Shown: piece after piece, positions 35,322 through 44,131 of the stretch
Numbering within the stretch: position 1 is the first letter of the stretch
How the letters are laid out: each line of letters starts with the position of its first letter
Source: Holophagaceae bacterium
Lineage (GTDB): Bacteria; Acidobacteriota; Holophagae; Holophagales; Holophagaceae
Assembly: GCA_035687325.1 (NCBI GenBank)
Contig: DASRXV010000081.1
Coordinates: 14,546-78,545 of the forward strand
Direction: 5' to 3'
Length of the DNA: 64,000 nt
Program-made: the position numbers and the translations under genes
The notes under the pieces: model-generated
The model's database searches: none
What the model was told of the DNA's origin: nothing
The model's input: only the letters and a program-made list of their open reading frames with translations

Positions 35322-36605
35322 CTATCGAAGCTCCCCCATGATCCTCACCAGCTCCGACCGGGCGGCGGTCTCCAGATCCCGCTGGACCTCCTCCAGCCGC
35401 GCGGCCGTGTCGCCTTCCCAGGGGCGTTCGCCGGGGAAGATGCCCAGGGCGCGGTTCCTGCCTGTGGCTTTGGCCCGGTAGAGGGCGACGTCCGCGAGGC
35501 TGAGCACCTGCTCCCACCCGAGCAAATGAGGCTGTTTCGTGGAAAAAGGGAAGAGGCTGTAGCCGATGGAGCAGGTCTTCATCAGCGGTTTCCCGTCGGG
35601 CAAGGAGAAGGTGTGCGCCTCCACCTTTTCGCGGATGCGCTCGGCCAGCATGAGCGCGTAGCCGCGGTCCGCGCCCCGGGCCACGAGGACGAATTCCTCG
35701 CCGCCCCAGCGGATGACGAGGTCATGGCGCCGCAGCGTGCCCATGAGGAGCTGGGACAGCTGCTGGAGGATGGCGTCCCCCGCCGCGTGGCCGTGGGTGT
35801 CGTTCACCTGCTTGAAGTGGTCCAGGTCCAGCATCACGATGGCGAGGCTCTGCTCGGCCGCCGATTCCGGGGCCCAGGAGCGGAGGATCCGCTCGGATTC
35901 CGGCCCCATGAACTCCATGAGGAAGCGCCGGTTCTTCAGGCCTGTGAGCGTGTCCTGCAGAGAGAGCTCCTTGAGCTTGAGGCCCGTCAGCACGCGGTCC
36001 ACCAGGGCGCGATGGTTCTGGATGGACATGGCCGGCAGGGCCACGAGGTAGATGACCAGCATGAGGATAAGGAGGTGGTTGTAGTCCGGGATGCCGCCCT
36101 TGAGCGCCACCAGCAGCAGCAGGGAGATGATGTCCAGCCCCATGTAGAGGAGGTAGGACCACACGCTGGGCGCCATGGTGGAGAGCGCCGCGGCGTTGAT
36201 GCCGGCGTGCATGATGATGAGCAGGCCGATCTGGCCCACGCTCAGGTAGGGCCAGGCCAGCCAGTTCATGGCGGCGAAGCCCAGGGCCAGCAGTGCCGCT
36301 CCTGCCAGGAAGGCCCAGCTGAGCTGCCGTGAGGTGGCTCGCCCGGGGGACTGTCGCGTCCAGTAGGTGAACCCGAGGCGGGCGGCCAGCACCAGCGCGA
36401 TGAAGGCGAACACCCATTTGATCCCCGGCGCCAGGTCCCACGCGAAATCGAGAATGGCCTTCAGGATGAAGAGCACGGGCACGAGGGCGGCCATGGCGGC
36501 GGTGCTGCGGTCATAGAGCTCCCGCACGAGCGCGTCCCTCAGCGCCGCCTCGTAGGCGGCGTCCTCGGCCGGAAGCCGGTAGGGTCCGAGATCAGCGAGC
36601 GACAT
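35322..36605 (-). CDS. membrane diguanylate cyclase, paralog 2
   Basis: 427 aa from ATG 36605; the 759-aa ORF in the track runs through paralog 3 out of frame. LTGLKNRR, RRHD plus GGEEF. Confidence 0.85.
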   Translation of the reverse strand: MSLADLGPYRLPAEDAAYEAALRDALVRELYDRSTAAMAALVPVLFILKAILDFAWDLAPGIKWVFAFIALVLAARLGFTYWTRQSPGRATSRQLSWAFLAGAALLALGFAAMNWLAWPYLSVGQIGLLIIMHAGINAAALSTMAPSVWSYLLYMGLDIISLLLLVALKGGIPDYNHLLILMLVIYLVALPAMSIQNHRALVDRVLTGLKLKELSLQDTLTGLKNRRFLMEFMGPESERILRSWAPESAAEQSLAIVMLDLDHFKQVNDTHGHAAGDAILQQLSQLLMGTLRRHDLVIRWGGEEFVLVARGADRGYALMLAERIREKVEAHTFSLPDGKPLMKTCSIGYSLFPFSTKQPHLLGWEQVLSLADVALYRAKATGRNRALGIFPGERPWEGDTAARLEEVQRDLETAARSELVRIMGELR

Positions 36606-36631
36606 GGTTGGCACCGGAAAGATACCAGGCT

Positions 36632-37876
36632 CTAAGTCCCCACCGTGATCCTCAGCAGTCCATCCCTCTCCGCCTTCGGCAGGTCGCGGAGCCGCTCCAG
36701 CACATGGGCCGGGCTCGCGGGCCGTATGTCGCCCGCCACCGCGCCTGCGAGGCGGTCCCGCCCCGCGGCCTTGGCGCGGAGCATGGCCGTGTCGGCCAAG
36801 GCCAGCACGCGCTCCCAGTTCAACAGCTCGGGCCGTTCCGGGAAGAAGGGATAGCGGGCGTAGCCGATGGAGCAGGTCTGGGGGAGGTCTCGGCCGTCCG
36901 CCAGGCGCATGGGCTCGGCGCGGAGGCGCTGGAGGAAACGGTCCGCCAGAGGCGCGATGCTCTCGCCCTCCTGGAGCCGCGCCACCACAACGAACTCCTC
37001 GCCACCCCAACGCGCGAGCACATCCGATTTGCGGGCCGTGTCGCGCAGCAACGCCGCGCAGTGGCTGAGCACCGCATCGCCCGCCGCGTGGCCGAGGGTG
37101 TCGTTCACGGTCTTGAATTGGTCCAGGTCGATCATGAGGAGCGCCAGCGCGCCGCCCTCCGTGTCGCGAAGGATCTGCGAGGCCTCCGTCTCCATGAAGG
37201 CCTGGAGGAAGCGGCGGTTGCGCAGGGTCGTGAGGCTGTCCTGCAGGGCCGCGCGGGAATTCTGGAGGCTCAGGGCCAGAGCTTCGCGTCGCAGGCGGAA
37301 CTGGCGGAGGATGAGGAAGCCCAGCCCGGATGTGAAGCTCGCCACGAGCAGCAGCAGGTTCCAGGCGCCCCAGTGGCCGCGGTCCCAGGCAAGCAGGTAG
37401 GTGAGTGCGCCGAGGATCGGCAGCATGAAGGCGAGGAAGGCGGTGGGGCTGGAGGCCATGGCCAGAATGCCCACCGAAAGCACGGCCAGATGCACGAGGG
37501 CCAGGAGGACGATCTGGACGGGTGACAGGGCGGGATAGACCAGGACGCTCACCACCGCGAGGCCGAGGCCCATCAGCAGCGCGCCGCAGGCGAAGCTCCA
37601 CATGCGCACCCGGGGGGAGGTCAGCGGACCCGGCCCGTGCAGCGCGAGCTGGGCGTGGCCCCAGCGCAGCACGAGGACGACCAGGAGGGAGGCGTACCAG
37701 ATGAGGGCGGTCCGGTTGGCGAACAGCGCCTGCCCGAGCATCCGCGCCATGACGAGGAGGAGCACCAGCACGATCGGGAGCGAGACGCGGCCCTGCTCGA
37801 TGAGATCCCGGGCCAGTTCCGACCTGATCTCCTCATCGAGGAGCGGATCCGGGGGCAGGTCGAGCCCGGGTTTCAT
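36632..37876 (-). CDS. membrane diguanylate cyclase, paralog 3
   Basis: 414 aa. LTTLRNRR, DLDQFKTVND, RKSD plus GGEEF. Confidence 0.85.
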   Translation of the reverse strand: MKPGLDLPPDPLLDEEIRSELARDLIEQGRVSLPIVLVLLLVMARMLGQALFANRTALIWYASLLVVLVLRWGHAQLALHGPGPLTSPRVRMWSFACGALLMGLGLAVVSVLVYPALSPVQIVLLALVHLAVLSVGILAMASSPTAFLAFMLPILGALTYLLAWDRGHWGAWNLLLLVASFTSGLGFLILRQFRLRREALALSLQNSRAALQDSLTTLRNRRFLQAFMETEASQILRDTEGGALALLMIDLDQFKTVNDTLGHAAGDAVLSHCAALLRDTARKSDVLARWGGEEFVVVARLQEGESIAPLADRFLQRLRAEPMRLADGRDLPQTCSIGYARYPFFPERPELLNWERVLALADTAMLRAKAAGRDRLAGAVAGDIRPASPAHVLERLRDLPKAERDGLLRITVGT

Positions 37877-37877
37877 C

Positions 37878-39506
37878 TCAGCGCGGCAGGGCCGCTTCCA
37901 CGCCCGCGACCCACATGCGGCCGGGTTTCAGGGCGAGCATTTGTTTCGGAGCGGTCTTTTCGATATCCGCGTCCACCCAGACCAGGTCCGCGGCCTCTCC
38001 GGGCGCGATGCGGCCCAGCTGGCCTTTGCGGCCCAATGCTTCCGCGCCGTTCAGCGTGTAAGCGCGGATCGTCTCCTCGCGCGTCATGCACTGGTCGCCA
38101 TTGAAACCACCAGGCGGATCACTGTGGATGTCCTGCCGCGTTTCCGCGGCGGGCATGGCCATGAAAGGGTTGGCGTCCGCGATGGGCGCATCGCTGCCGA
38201 AGGCGACAAGGCCGCCGCTATCCAGAAACCGGCGCCAGGGGTAGGCCTCATGCACCCAGTCCGCGCCCAGGCGTGCGGGCGTCCACGCGTGATCGTCCGT
38301 GCAGTGCATGGGCTGGACGCTGGCGACGATGCCCAGCCTGCCGAAACGGGCGGCATCTTCATCGGTCACGATCTGCGCGTGCTCGATGCGGGGCGGAGCA
38401 TCGGGCTTGCGGCCGAGCGCTTTCAGATCCGCCTCCAGCAGGTCCAGCGCCGCGCGGTTGCCCGCGTCGCCGATGGCATGGAGGGCGGGCTGGTAGCCGG
38501 CATTCATCACGGCGAGCGCGTCCTTGCGCACCATCGCGGGGTCCATCACCCACAAGCCGGAACTGGATGGCTCATCCGCGTAGGACGCCAGCAGCCGCGC
38601 GCCGCGCGACCCAAGGGCGCCGTCCATGTAGAACTTCACGCCCTGCACTTGGAAGAAGGAGAGCGCCCTGGCGCGCGGCTTCGCCAGCTCCGCCTGCACG
38701 GCGGCCGCGTCATCGTGATGCACATAGGCGAAGACGCGGATGGGCAGCTTGCCCTTCGCCTGCAGGGCCCGGTAGGCCTCGATATCCAGCCCGGGCGCAT
38801 CGAGATCATCGGCCGATGTGAAGCCCAGGGCCTCCAACTTGCGGAGCCCCGCCAGCAGATTGGCCTCGGCTTCGGCTAGCGTGGGCTGGGGCAGCTTCTG
38901 GGCCATGGCGTCTTTGGCCATGTCCACAAGGACGCCCGTGGGGTTTCCGTCCGCATCTCGGATGTAACGGCCGCCAGCCGGGTCCGGTGTGTCCTTCGTG
39001 ATGCCCGCGAGTTTCATCGCCGCCGTGTTCACCCAGGCCGCGTGGCCGTCCACGCGCTCCAGGTAGGCCGGGCGGTTGCCCGTGATGGCGTCCAGTTCTT
39101 TCAAGGTGGGAAAGGCCTTGGTGGGCCATAGATTCTGGTCCCAACCGCGGGCCCGCACCCAGCCCGCGGGATTGGCCGCGCACCAAGTCTCTACGCGAGC
39201 CAGCGCCTCCTCCTTGCTCGCGATCCCCGTGAGATCGGCTTGGCGCGACATGGTACCGAGCTCGCCCACATGGGCGTGGCTCTCGATGAATCCGGGCATC
39301 AGCGAACCGCCCTTCAGCTCGACGCGGATCGCCTTGGGGTAGCGCTTCATGAGCCGGGCCAGCGGTCCCACCGCCTGGATCTTGGCGCCTTGGATGGCCA
39401 CGGCCTCGCTGTCCACCAGATGGCCCTTGCGGCCATCGTCCACCCACAGGCGGGAGCCCGTGAGGAGGCGGATGGCGGGCGGGGAAGGGGGCAAGTGCGC
39501 GGGCAT
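37878..39506 (-). CDS. amidohydrolase family protein (Amidohydro_3/YtcJ-like)
   Basis: 542 aa from ATG 39506. PGFIESHAHV metal motif and HAIGD, FGSDAP segments. Its stop lies 1 nt from the GGDEF paralog 3 start. Confidence 0.8.
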   Translation of the reverse strand: MPAHLPPSPPAIRLLTGSRLWVDDGRKGHLVDSEAVAIQGAKIQAVGPLARLMKRYPKAIRVELKGGSLMPGFIESHAHVGELGTMSRQADLTGIASKEEALARVETWCAANPAGWVRARGWDQNLWPTKAFPTLKELDAITGNRPAYLERVDGHAAWVNTAAMKLAGITKDTPDPAGGRYIRDADGNPTGVLVDMAKDAMAQKLPQPTLAEAEANLLAGLRKLEALGFTSADDLDAPGLDIEAYRALQAKGKLPIRVFAYVHHDDAAAVQAELAKPRARALSFFQVQGVKFYMDGALGSRGARLLASYADEPSSSGLWVMDPAMVRKDALAVMNAGYQPALHAIGDAGNRAALDLLEADLKALGRKPDAPPRIEHAQIVTDEDAARFGRLGIVASVQPMHCTDDHAWTPARLGADWVHEAYPWRRFLDSGGLVAFGSDAPIADANPFMAMPAAETRQDIHSDPPGGFNGDQCMTREETIRAYTLNGAEALGRKGQLGRIAPGEAADLVWVDADIEKTAPKQMLALKPGRMWVAGVEAALPR

Positions 39507-39534
39507 GTCCACCTCGTGGAGGCAGCCCAGTGTA

Positions 39535-39804
39535 AGGGCTTGTCCCCAAATTAGGCGGCCCCGCGATGGTGGCCAGCCGCGTGATCCAGCGTGGAAGGGG
39601 CCGCAGTGCGATGCGGTACATCGTGCAAGAGCCCTGACAAAGCTGGGCGCGCGGATGGCCGCCATCCCTCCGGGCGGGGGCGGCGGGCAGCGCTGGGCTT
39701 CGTCACTCTTCCTCGACATACACACTCGTATGCCTCGGTCGCCTTCCTCGCCCCGCTTGCCCGGCGCTCCCCGCGCGGGGCCGTCTAATTTGGGGACAAG
39801 CCCT
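39535..39804. repeat. 270-bp element bounded by 31-bp terminal inverted repeats (MITE-like or long-hairpin element)
   Basis: The left arm 39535-39565 (AGGGCTTGTCCCCAAATTAGGCGGCCCCGCG) is the reverse complement of 39774-39804 with one mismatch (30/31). The outer 20 bp are perfect. Confidence 0.7.
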
Positions 39805-39862
39805 CCGGCGGCACATGGGATTCCTCCCGATTACGGGGTACTTTGGAAGGTTGGGAGTTCCC

Positions 39863-41518
39863 ATGTATCAGCCCGATTTCCTTGCCCAGGTCCGCGAGCA
39901 GCTCCAGGTCCAGGAGGATCCAGCGAAGCTCCGCCAACCCGCCTTTGAGACCACTTCGGGCATCCCCCTGAAGAACAGCTACACACCCGCTGATATCGCC
40001 GGCCAGGATCCGCTCCGGGATCTGGGCGCGCCGGGCAAGTTCCCCTTCACGCGCCATGTGCAGTCCACGGGCTACCGCGGGCGGCTCTGGACCATGCGCC
40101 AGTACGCGGGCTTCGCGACGGCGGAGGAGAGCAACGCCCGCTACCGCTACCTGCTGGCCAACGGCACGACGGGCCTTTCGGTGGCCTTCGATCTGCCGAC
40201 GCAGATCGGACTGGACCCGGACCATCCGATGTCCTTCGGCGAGGTGGGCAAGGTGGGCGTGTCCATTGCGTCGCTGGATGACATGCGCACGCTCTTCAGG
40301 GACATCCCGCTGGACCAGGTGACCACCAGCATGACCATCAACGCGCCCGCCTCCGTGCTCCTGGCTCTGTATCTGGCCGTGGCGGAGGAACAGGGCGTCA
40401 GCTGGGACAAGGTGGGCGGCACCATCCAGAACGACATCCTGAAGGAGTACATGGCGCGGGGCACCTACATCTTCCCGCCCCGGCCCTCCCTGCGCATCAT
40501 CACGGACCTCTTCTCCTTCTGCGCGGACAAGGTTCCGGCCTGGAACACCATCTCCATCTCCGGCTACCACATCCGGGAAGCGGGTTGCACCGCCGCCCAG
40601 GAGATCGCGTTCACGCTGGCGGACGGCATCGCCTATGTGCAGGCCGCGCTGGACGCGGGATTGAGCCTGGAGTCCTTCGCGCCGCGCCTCAGTTTCTTCT
40701 TCAATAGCCACAACCAGTTCTTCGAGGAGGTGGCGAAGTTCCGCGCGGCGCGCCGCCTCTGGGCCCGCATCATGCGCGACCGCTTCGGCGCCAAGGACGC
40801 GAAGAGCCAGATGCTGCGCTTCCACACCCAGACCGCAGGCAGCACGCTCACGGCCCAGCAGCCGGACAACAACATCGTCCGCACCACAGTGCAGGCGCTG
40901 GCGGCCGTCTGCGGCGGCACCCAGTCCCTGCACACGAACTCCCGCGACGAGGCCCTGGCCCTGCCCACGGAGCAGAGCGCCATGATCGCGCTGCGCACCC
41001 AGCAGATCCTCGCGCACGAATCCAAGGCGGCCGATGTGGTGGACCCGCTGGGGGGCAGCTACTTCGTCGAGAGTCTCACGGCGGAGCTGGAGAAGCGCGC
41101 GGAGGCGCTCATCGCCCGGGTGGATGACCTGGGCGGCATGGTGTCCGCCATCGAGAAGGGCTTTCCCCAGAAGGAAATCCAGAACGCGGCCTACGCCTAC
41201 CAGAAGGCTGTCGAGAAGGGCTCCCAGGTCGTCGTGGGCGTGAACAAGTTCACCGTCGAGAACGAGAAGATGCCCGAGCTCCTGCGCGTGGACGAGGCCC
41301 TGGGCGGCCAGCGCCGCAAGCAGATCCAGGATCTGCGGGAGCGCCGCGACAACGGCGCCGTCCGCACGCGGCTGGAAACCCTCCAGATCGCCGCGAAGGG
41401 CACGGACAACCTCATGCCCCCCATCCTCGACGCCGTGAAGAGTCTCGCCACCGTGGGCGAGATCTGCGGCGCGCTAAGGGAGGTCTTTGGCGAATATCAG
41501 GAGCGGTTGGTCCTGTGA
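39863..41518 (+). CDS. methylmalonyl-CoA mutase family, catalytic (large) domain only; no B12-binding domain
   Basis: 551 aa. [39 protein letters not shown] and [11 protein letters not shown] are canonical acyl-CoA mutase substrate-domain segments. No small subunit or MeaB gene is adjacent. Confidence 0.9.
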   Translation: MYQPDFLAQVREQLQVQEDPAKLRQPAFETTSGIPLKNSYTPADIAGQDPLRDLGAPGKFPFTRHVQSTGYRGRLWTMRQYAGFATAEESNARYRYLLANGTTGLSVAFDLPTQIGLDPDHPMSFGEVGKVGVSIASLDDMRTLFRDIPLDQVTTSMTINAPASVLLALYLAVAEEQGVSWDKVGGTIQNDILKEYMARGTYIFPPRPSLRIITDLFSFCADKVPAWNTISISGYHIREAGCTAAQEIAFTLADGIAYVQAALDAGLSLESFAPRLSFFFNSHNQFFEEVAKFRAARRLWARIMRDRFGAKDAKSQMLRFHTQTAGSTLTAQQPDNNIVRTTVQALAAVCGGTQSLHTNSRDEALALPTEQSAMIALRTQQILAHESKAADVVDPLGGSYFVESLTAELEKRAEALIARVDDLGGMVSAIEKGFPQKEIQNAAYAYQKAVEKGSQVVVGVNKFTVENEKMPELLRVDEALGGQRRKQIQDLRERRDNGAVRTRLETLQIAAKGTDNLMPPILDAVKSLATVGEICGALREVFGEYQERLVL

Positions 41519-41701
41519 GGACTAACGATTGGCGCTAACCGGCACCGCCTACACCGAGACGACGAGTGGAGCCGGGGAATCGGGAAGCTGAGAGAGCGCG
41601 GAAGGCAATGCATGCGGGGTCCGAGTTGAGCGCAAGGTTAGGCTGCGAGATGGAATCAAGGTGACTATTTGAACCGAGTGGTTTGAGGCACGGGACTCCT
41701 C

Positions 41702-42556
41702 TTATGGCTTTGGTTGCTTGGCGTCGAGAAAGTCGTTCACCATCGGGACAATGACGGGCATGCGCTGCATCAGCGTGACGTGCGTCGTGGCGGGCAAGAT
41801 GGCCAATCGCGATGTGGAGAGCGGCTTGATGTCGCCGTGGATTCCGCCGCCTTTCAGGCGAAACATTTCCGCGACGTGCTCGAGCTTTACCCCATCCGAG
41901 TCGCCGTGGATGAAGAACATCGGCGCCGTGCTGGCCTTCAGTTGATCGGCGCCGATGTCGTGCCCTTTCGAATCCATGGAGAGGAGCCGCTTGACGAACT
42001 TCGGGAAGTCATCCGGAGCCGGGTTCAGCTTCTTGTACTCGGTTTCAATTGGCGAGTCTTTGAATACGTCCGCTGTGAGCGTCGCGAGCGCGTCCTGCCC
42101 TTCCTTGACCGCGCCGTCACGGCGGAGCATGGACGAAATGACGACCACCTTCCGCACTTTGTCCGGATGACGGATCGCACACTGCATTGCCACGCCGCCG
42201 CCCATGCTGTAACCGATGAGGTCCGCGCGTGGGATTTTCAGGTAATCGAGCAGCGCCGCCACATCGTCGGCGAGGTTTTCGGAGGTGATGTCGCGTGGGA
42301 TGTCCGCCGTGCGCCCGTGGCCCTGCATTTCGACGGCAATCACTTTCCGCGTTTTGGAGAGCTCGCCGATCCACCCGGTCCAGTTGTTGGTGATCGTCAT
42401 GAACGCGCCGTGGAGCAGGACCACCGGATCGCCGCTACCGTGGACTTCGTAATACATTTTGAGCCCATTCACCGGGGCGTAACCAGTCGTTGGTTGTTGC
42501 TGCGCCACTACGGCAGCTGGCAGAAGCATCGTCAGGAGAAAAGCTGTTGTCTTCAT
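41702..42556 (-). CDS. secreted alpha/beta hydrolase
   Basis: 284 aa. Signal peptide [21 protein letters not shown] oxyanion motif (VVLLHGAF), nucleophile elbow GYSMGG. Codon usage looks visibly more A/T-rich than the neighbours. Confidence 0.85.
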   Translation of the reverse strand: MKTTAFLLTMLLPAAVVAQQQPTTGYAPVNGLKMYYEVHGSGDPVVLLHGAFMTITNNWTGWIGELSKTRKVIAVEMQGHGRTADIPRDITSENLADDVAALLDYLKIPRADLIGYSMGGGVAMQCAIRHPDKVRKVVVISSMLRRDGAVKEGQDALATLTADVFKDSPIETEYKKLNPAPDDFPKFVKRLLSMDSKGHDIGADQLKASTAPMFFIHGDSDGVKLEHVAEMFRLKGGGIHGDIKPLSTSRLAILPATTHVTLMQRMPVIVPMVNDFLDAKQPKP

Positions 42557-42981
42557 ATTTGACCTTTCATTTTGGGGAGGTTGAAGATGACGCGCCGCCT
42601 AACTTTGAATTAGAAGGACAGGGTTGAGGAGGAGGGTGTCCGTTTAATTTGTTAGACGGACAGAAGTCTAGGTGAGAAGACTCAACTTAGGGGTGTGGCG
42701 CGAAAATTGGATGGACAAGAGTTTTAGCGGATGGAGTCTCTCCGGCTCTAATCGCAAGAGCCCATGGATCGGAGAGGAGCCAGGGGCGCCGTCGCAGCAT
42801 GCGCTGACGGACGGAGACTCGGACTGAGGCGAGGATGGAGGGGGACATGGAGCTCCAGGATAACCGTTTGGGTCAGAGTCGGGGACTCGGTCGAAGATGC
42901 TAACCGGCGGATCGCATTCGGCCTTCGGGATGTATTCGGCGCTTCGCCCTGGGTCGGCGTTCGCGGCATGACTGGCCCCTG

Positions 42982-43016
42982 GTAGCCAGTAGCCAGTAGC
43001 CGGTAGCCTGAAGCCT
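42982..43016 (+). repeat. heptad tandem repeat GTAGCCA GTAGCCA GTAGCCG GTAGCCT GAAGCCT ending 4 nt before the SEDS gene ATG
   Basis: Read directly. TAG occurs at 42983, 42990, 42997 and 43004, closing all three forward frames. Confidence 0.9.
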
Positions 43017-43020
43017 GCCC

Positions 43021-44121
43021 ATGAACCGCCGCCCCGTTGATCGCCTGCTCCTGCTCTTCGCCCTGCTCCTAACGGCGCTGGGCATGGTGTTCATCTATTC
43101 GGCCTCGGCGGTGAAAGCCTTCCAGATCAATCCGGCCGGGGCGGCCTTCCTCACGCGGCAGCTGGTGGGCGGCGGCGTGGGGCTGGTGCTCATGCTCATC
43201 GCCACCCAGGCGGAGCTGGGCGGGCTCGTGGAGGACTGGAAGCCGCTGAAGATCTGGTACGCGGTGATGGTCGTGTTCCTGCTGGCCGTCTTCGCCTTCC
43301 CGAAGATCAACGGCGCCCACCGGTGGATCAAGCTGGGCCCGCTCAGTTTCCAGCCCTCAGAGTTCTTCAAGCCCCTGGCCGTGCTGCTGGCGGCGTCCTG
43401 GATGGTCCGCAACCAGGAGAAGTGGCGCGACACCAAGGAGGCGCTGCCGGGCCTTTTCCGCCTGATGCTGCTCCTGATCCCGCCCCTGGCGCTCATGCTC
43501 AAGCAGCCGGATTTCGGGACGACCTTCCTCATCGTCTTCGTGGTGATGCTGGTGGTGTTCCTGGGCGGCGCGCCCCGCTGGATCTTCGCCGTCGCCATGC
43601 CAGCGCTGGCGGTGGTGGGCTTCTTCTTCGTGCGCTTCTCGCCCTACCGCTGGGAGCGCGTGACGAGCTTCCTCCATCCGGACGCGGATCCGCTGGGCAC
43701 GGGCCACCAGGCGCTCCAGAGCCTCGTGGCCGTGGGCAACGGCGGTTTCTTCGGCGTGGGCATCGGCCAGGGCATGCAGAAGCTCTTCTACCTGCCAGAG
43801 GCGCACACGGACTTCATCTACGCCGTGGTGGGGGAGGAAGCGGGCCTCATCGGCACCGTGGCCGTGCTGGCGCTCTTCGTGGGCATCCTTTGGCGCGGCT
43901 TCCGCATCGCCCGCCGCTGCCAGGACAGTTTCCTCTCGCTCTGCGCCATGGGCTTCACGCTGCTGCTGGTGGTCCAGGCCTTCATGAACATGAGCGTGGT
44001 GCTCAGTCTCGCCCCCAACAAAGGCATCCCGCTGCCCTTCATCAGCTACGGCAGCTCCAGCCTCATGGCGAGCCTGCTGATCCTGGGTCTGCTGCTGAGC
44101 GTGAGCAAGGACACGGCCTAG
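43021..44121 (+). CDS. SEDS family peptidoglycan glycosyltransferase (FtsW/RodA/SpoVE)
   Basis: 366 aa with 10 TM. Family segments QPSEFFKP, KQPDFGT, LPEAHTDFIYAVVGEE, PLPFISYGSSS. FtsW and RodA cannot be told apart from the sequence alone. Confidence 0.9.
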   Translation: MNRRPVDRLLLLFALLLTALGMVFIYSASAVKAFQINPAGAAFLTRQLVGGGVGLVLMLIATQAELGGLVEDWKPLKIWYAVMVVFLLAVFAFPKINGAHRWIKLGPLSFQPSEFFKPLAVLLAASWMVRNQEKWRDTKEALPGLFRLMLLLIPPLALMLKQPDFGTTFLIVFVVMLVVFLGGAPRWIFAVAMPALAVVGFFFVRFSPYRWERVTSFLHPDADPLGTGHQALQSLVAVGNGGFFGVGIGQGMQKLFYLPEAHTDFIYAVVGEEAGLIGTVAVLALFVGILWRGFRIARRCQDSFLSLCAMGFTLLLVVQAFMNMSVVLSLAPNKGIPLPFISYGSSSLMASLLILGLLLSVSKDTA

Positions 44122-44131
44122 GGGGGGCTTC

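Noticed and set aside
36606-36631. Shared motif ATAC(C/T)AGGCTCT near the stops of GGDEF paralogs 3 and 2, considered as evidence for a duplicated intergenic region.
   Set aside because: Only 11 of 13 nt match, and the motif sits at different offsets relative to the two stop codons. The evidence is too weak.
35322-37601. 759-aa ORF that would fuse GGDEF paralog 2 to a long N-terminal extension.
   Set aside because: The extension (36606-37601) overlaps paralog 3, which has its own well-supported frame and motifs, and it reads as Pro/Arg/Gly-rich nonsense. The internal ATG at 36605 gives a protein collinear with the other two paralogs.
39591-39788. 65-aa ORF inside the inverted-repeat element.
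   Set aside because: The product is Arg/Gly-rich, there is no RBS, and it lies wholly within the putative non-coding element.
39507-39862. Possible cobalamin riboswitch upstream of the methylmalonyl-CoA mutase gene.
   Set aside because: I looked for the B12-box and the GGGAA...GGTG..AA.TCC core in order on both strands and did not find a convincing arrangement. The region is better explained by the 31-bp inverted-repeat element. An Infernal/Rfam scan would settle it.
42748-42985. 73-aa ORFs on both strands upstream of the SEDS gene.
   Set aside because: There are no RBS, motif or plausible protein features. The region is treated as non-coding in the findings.
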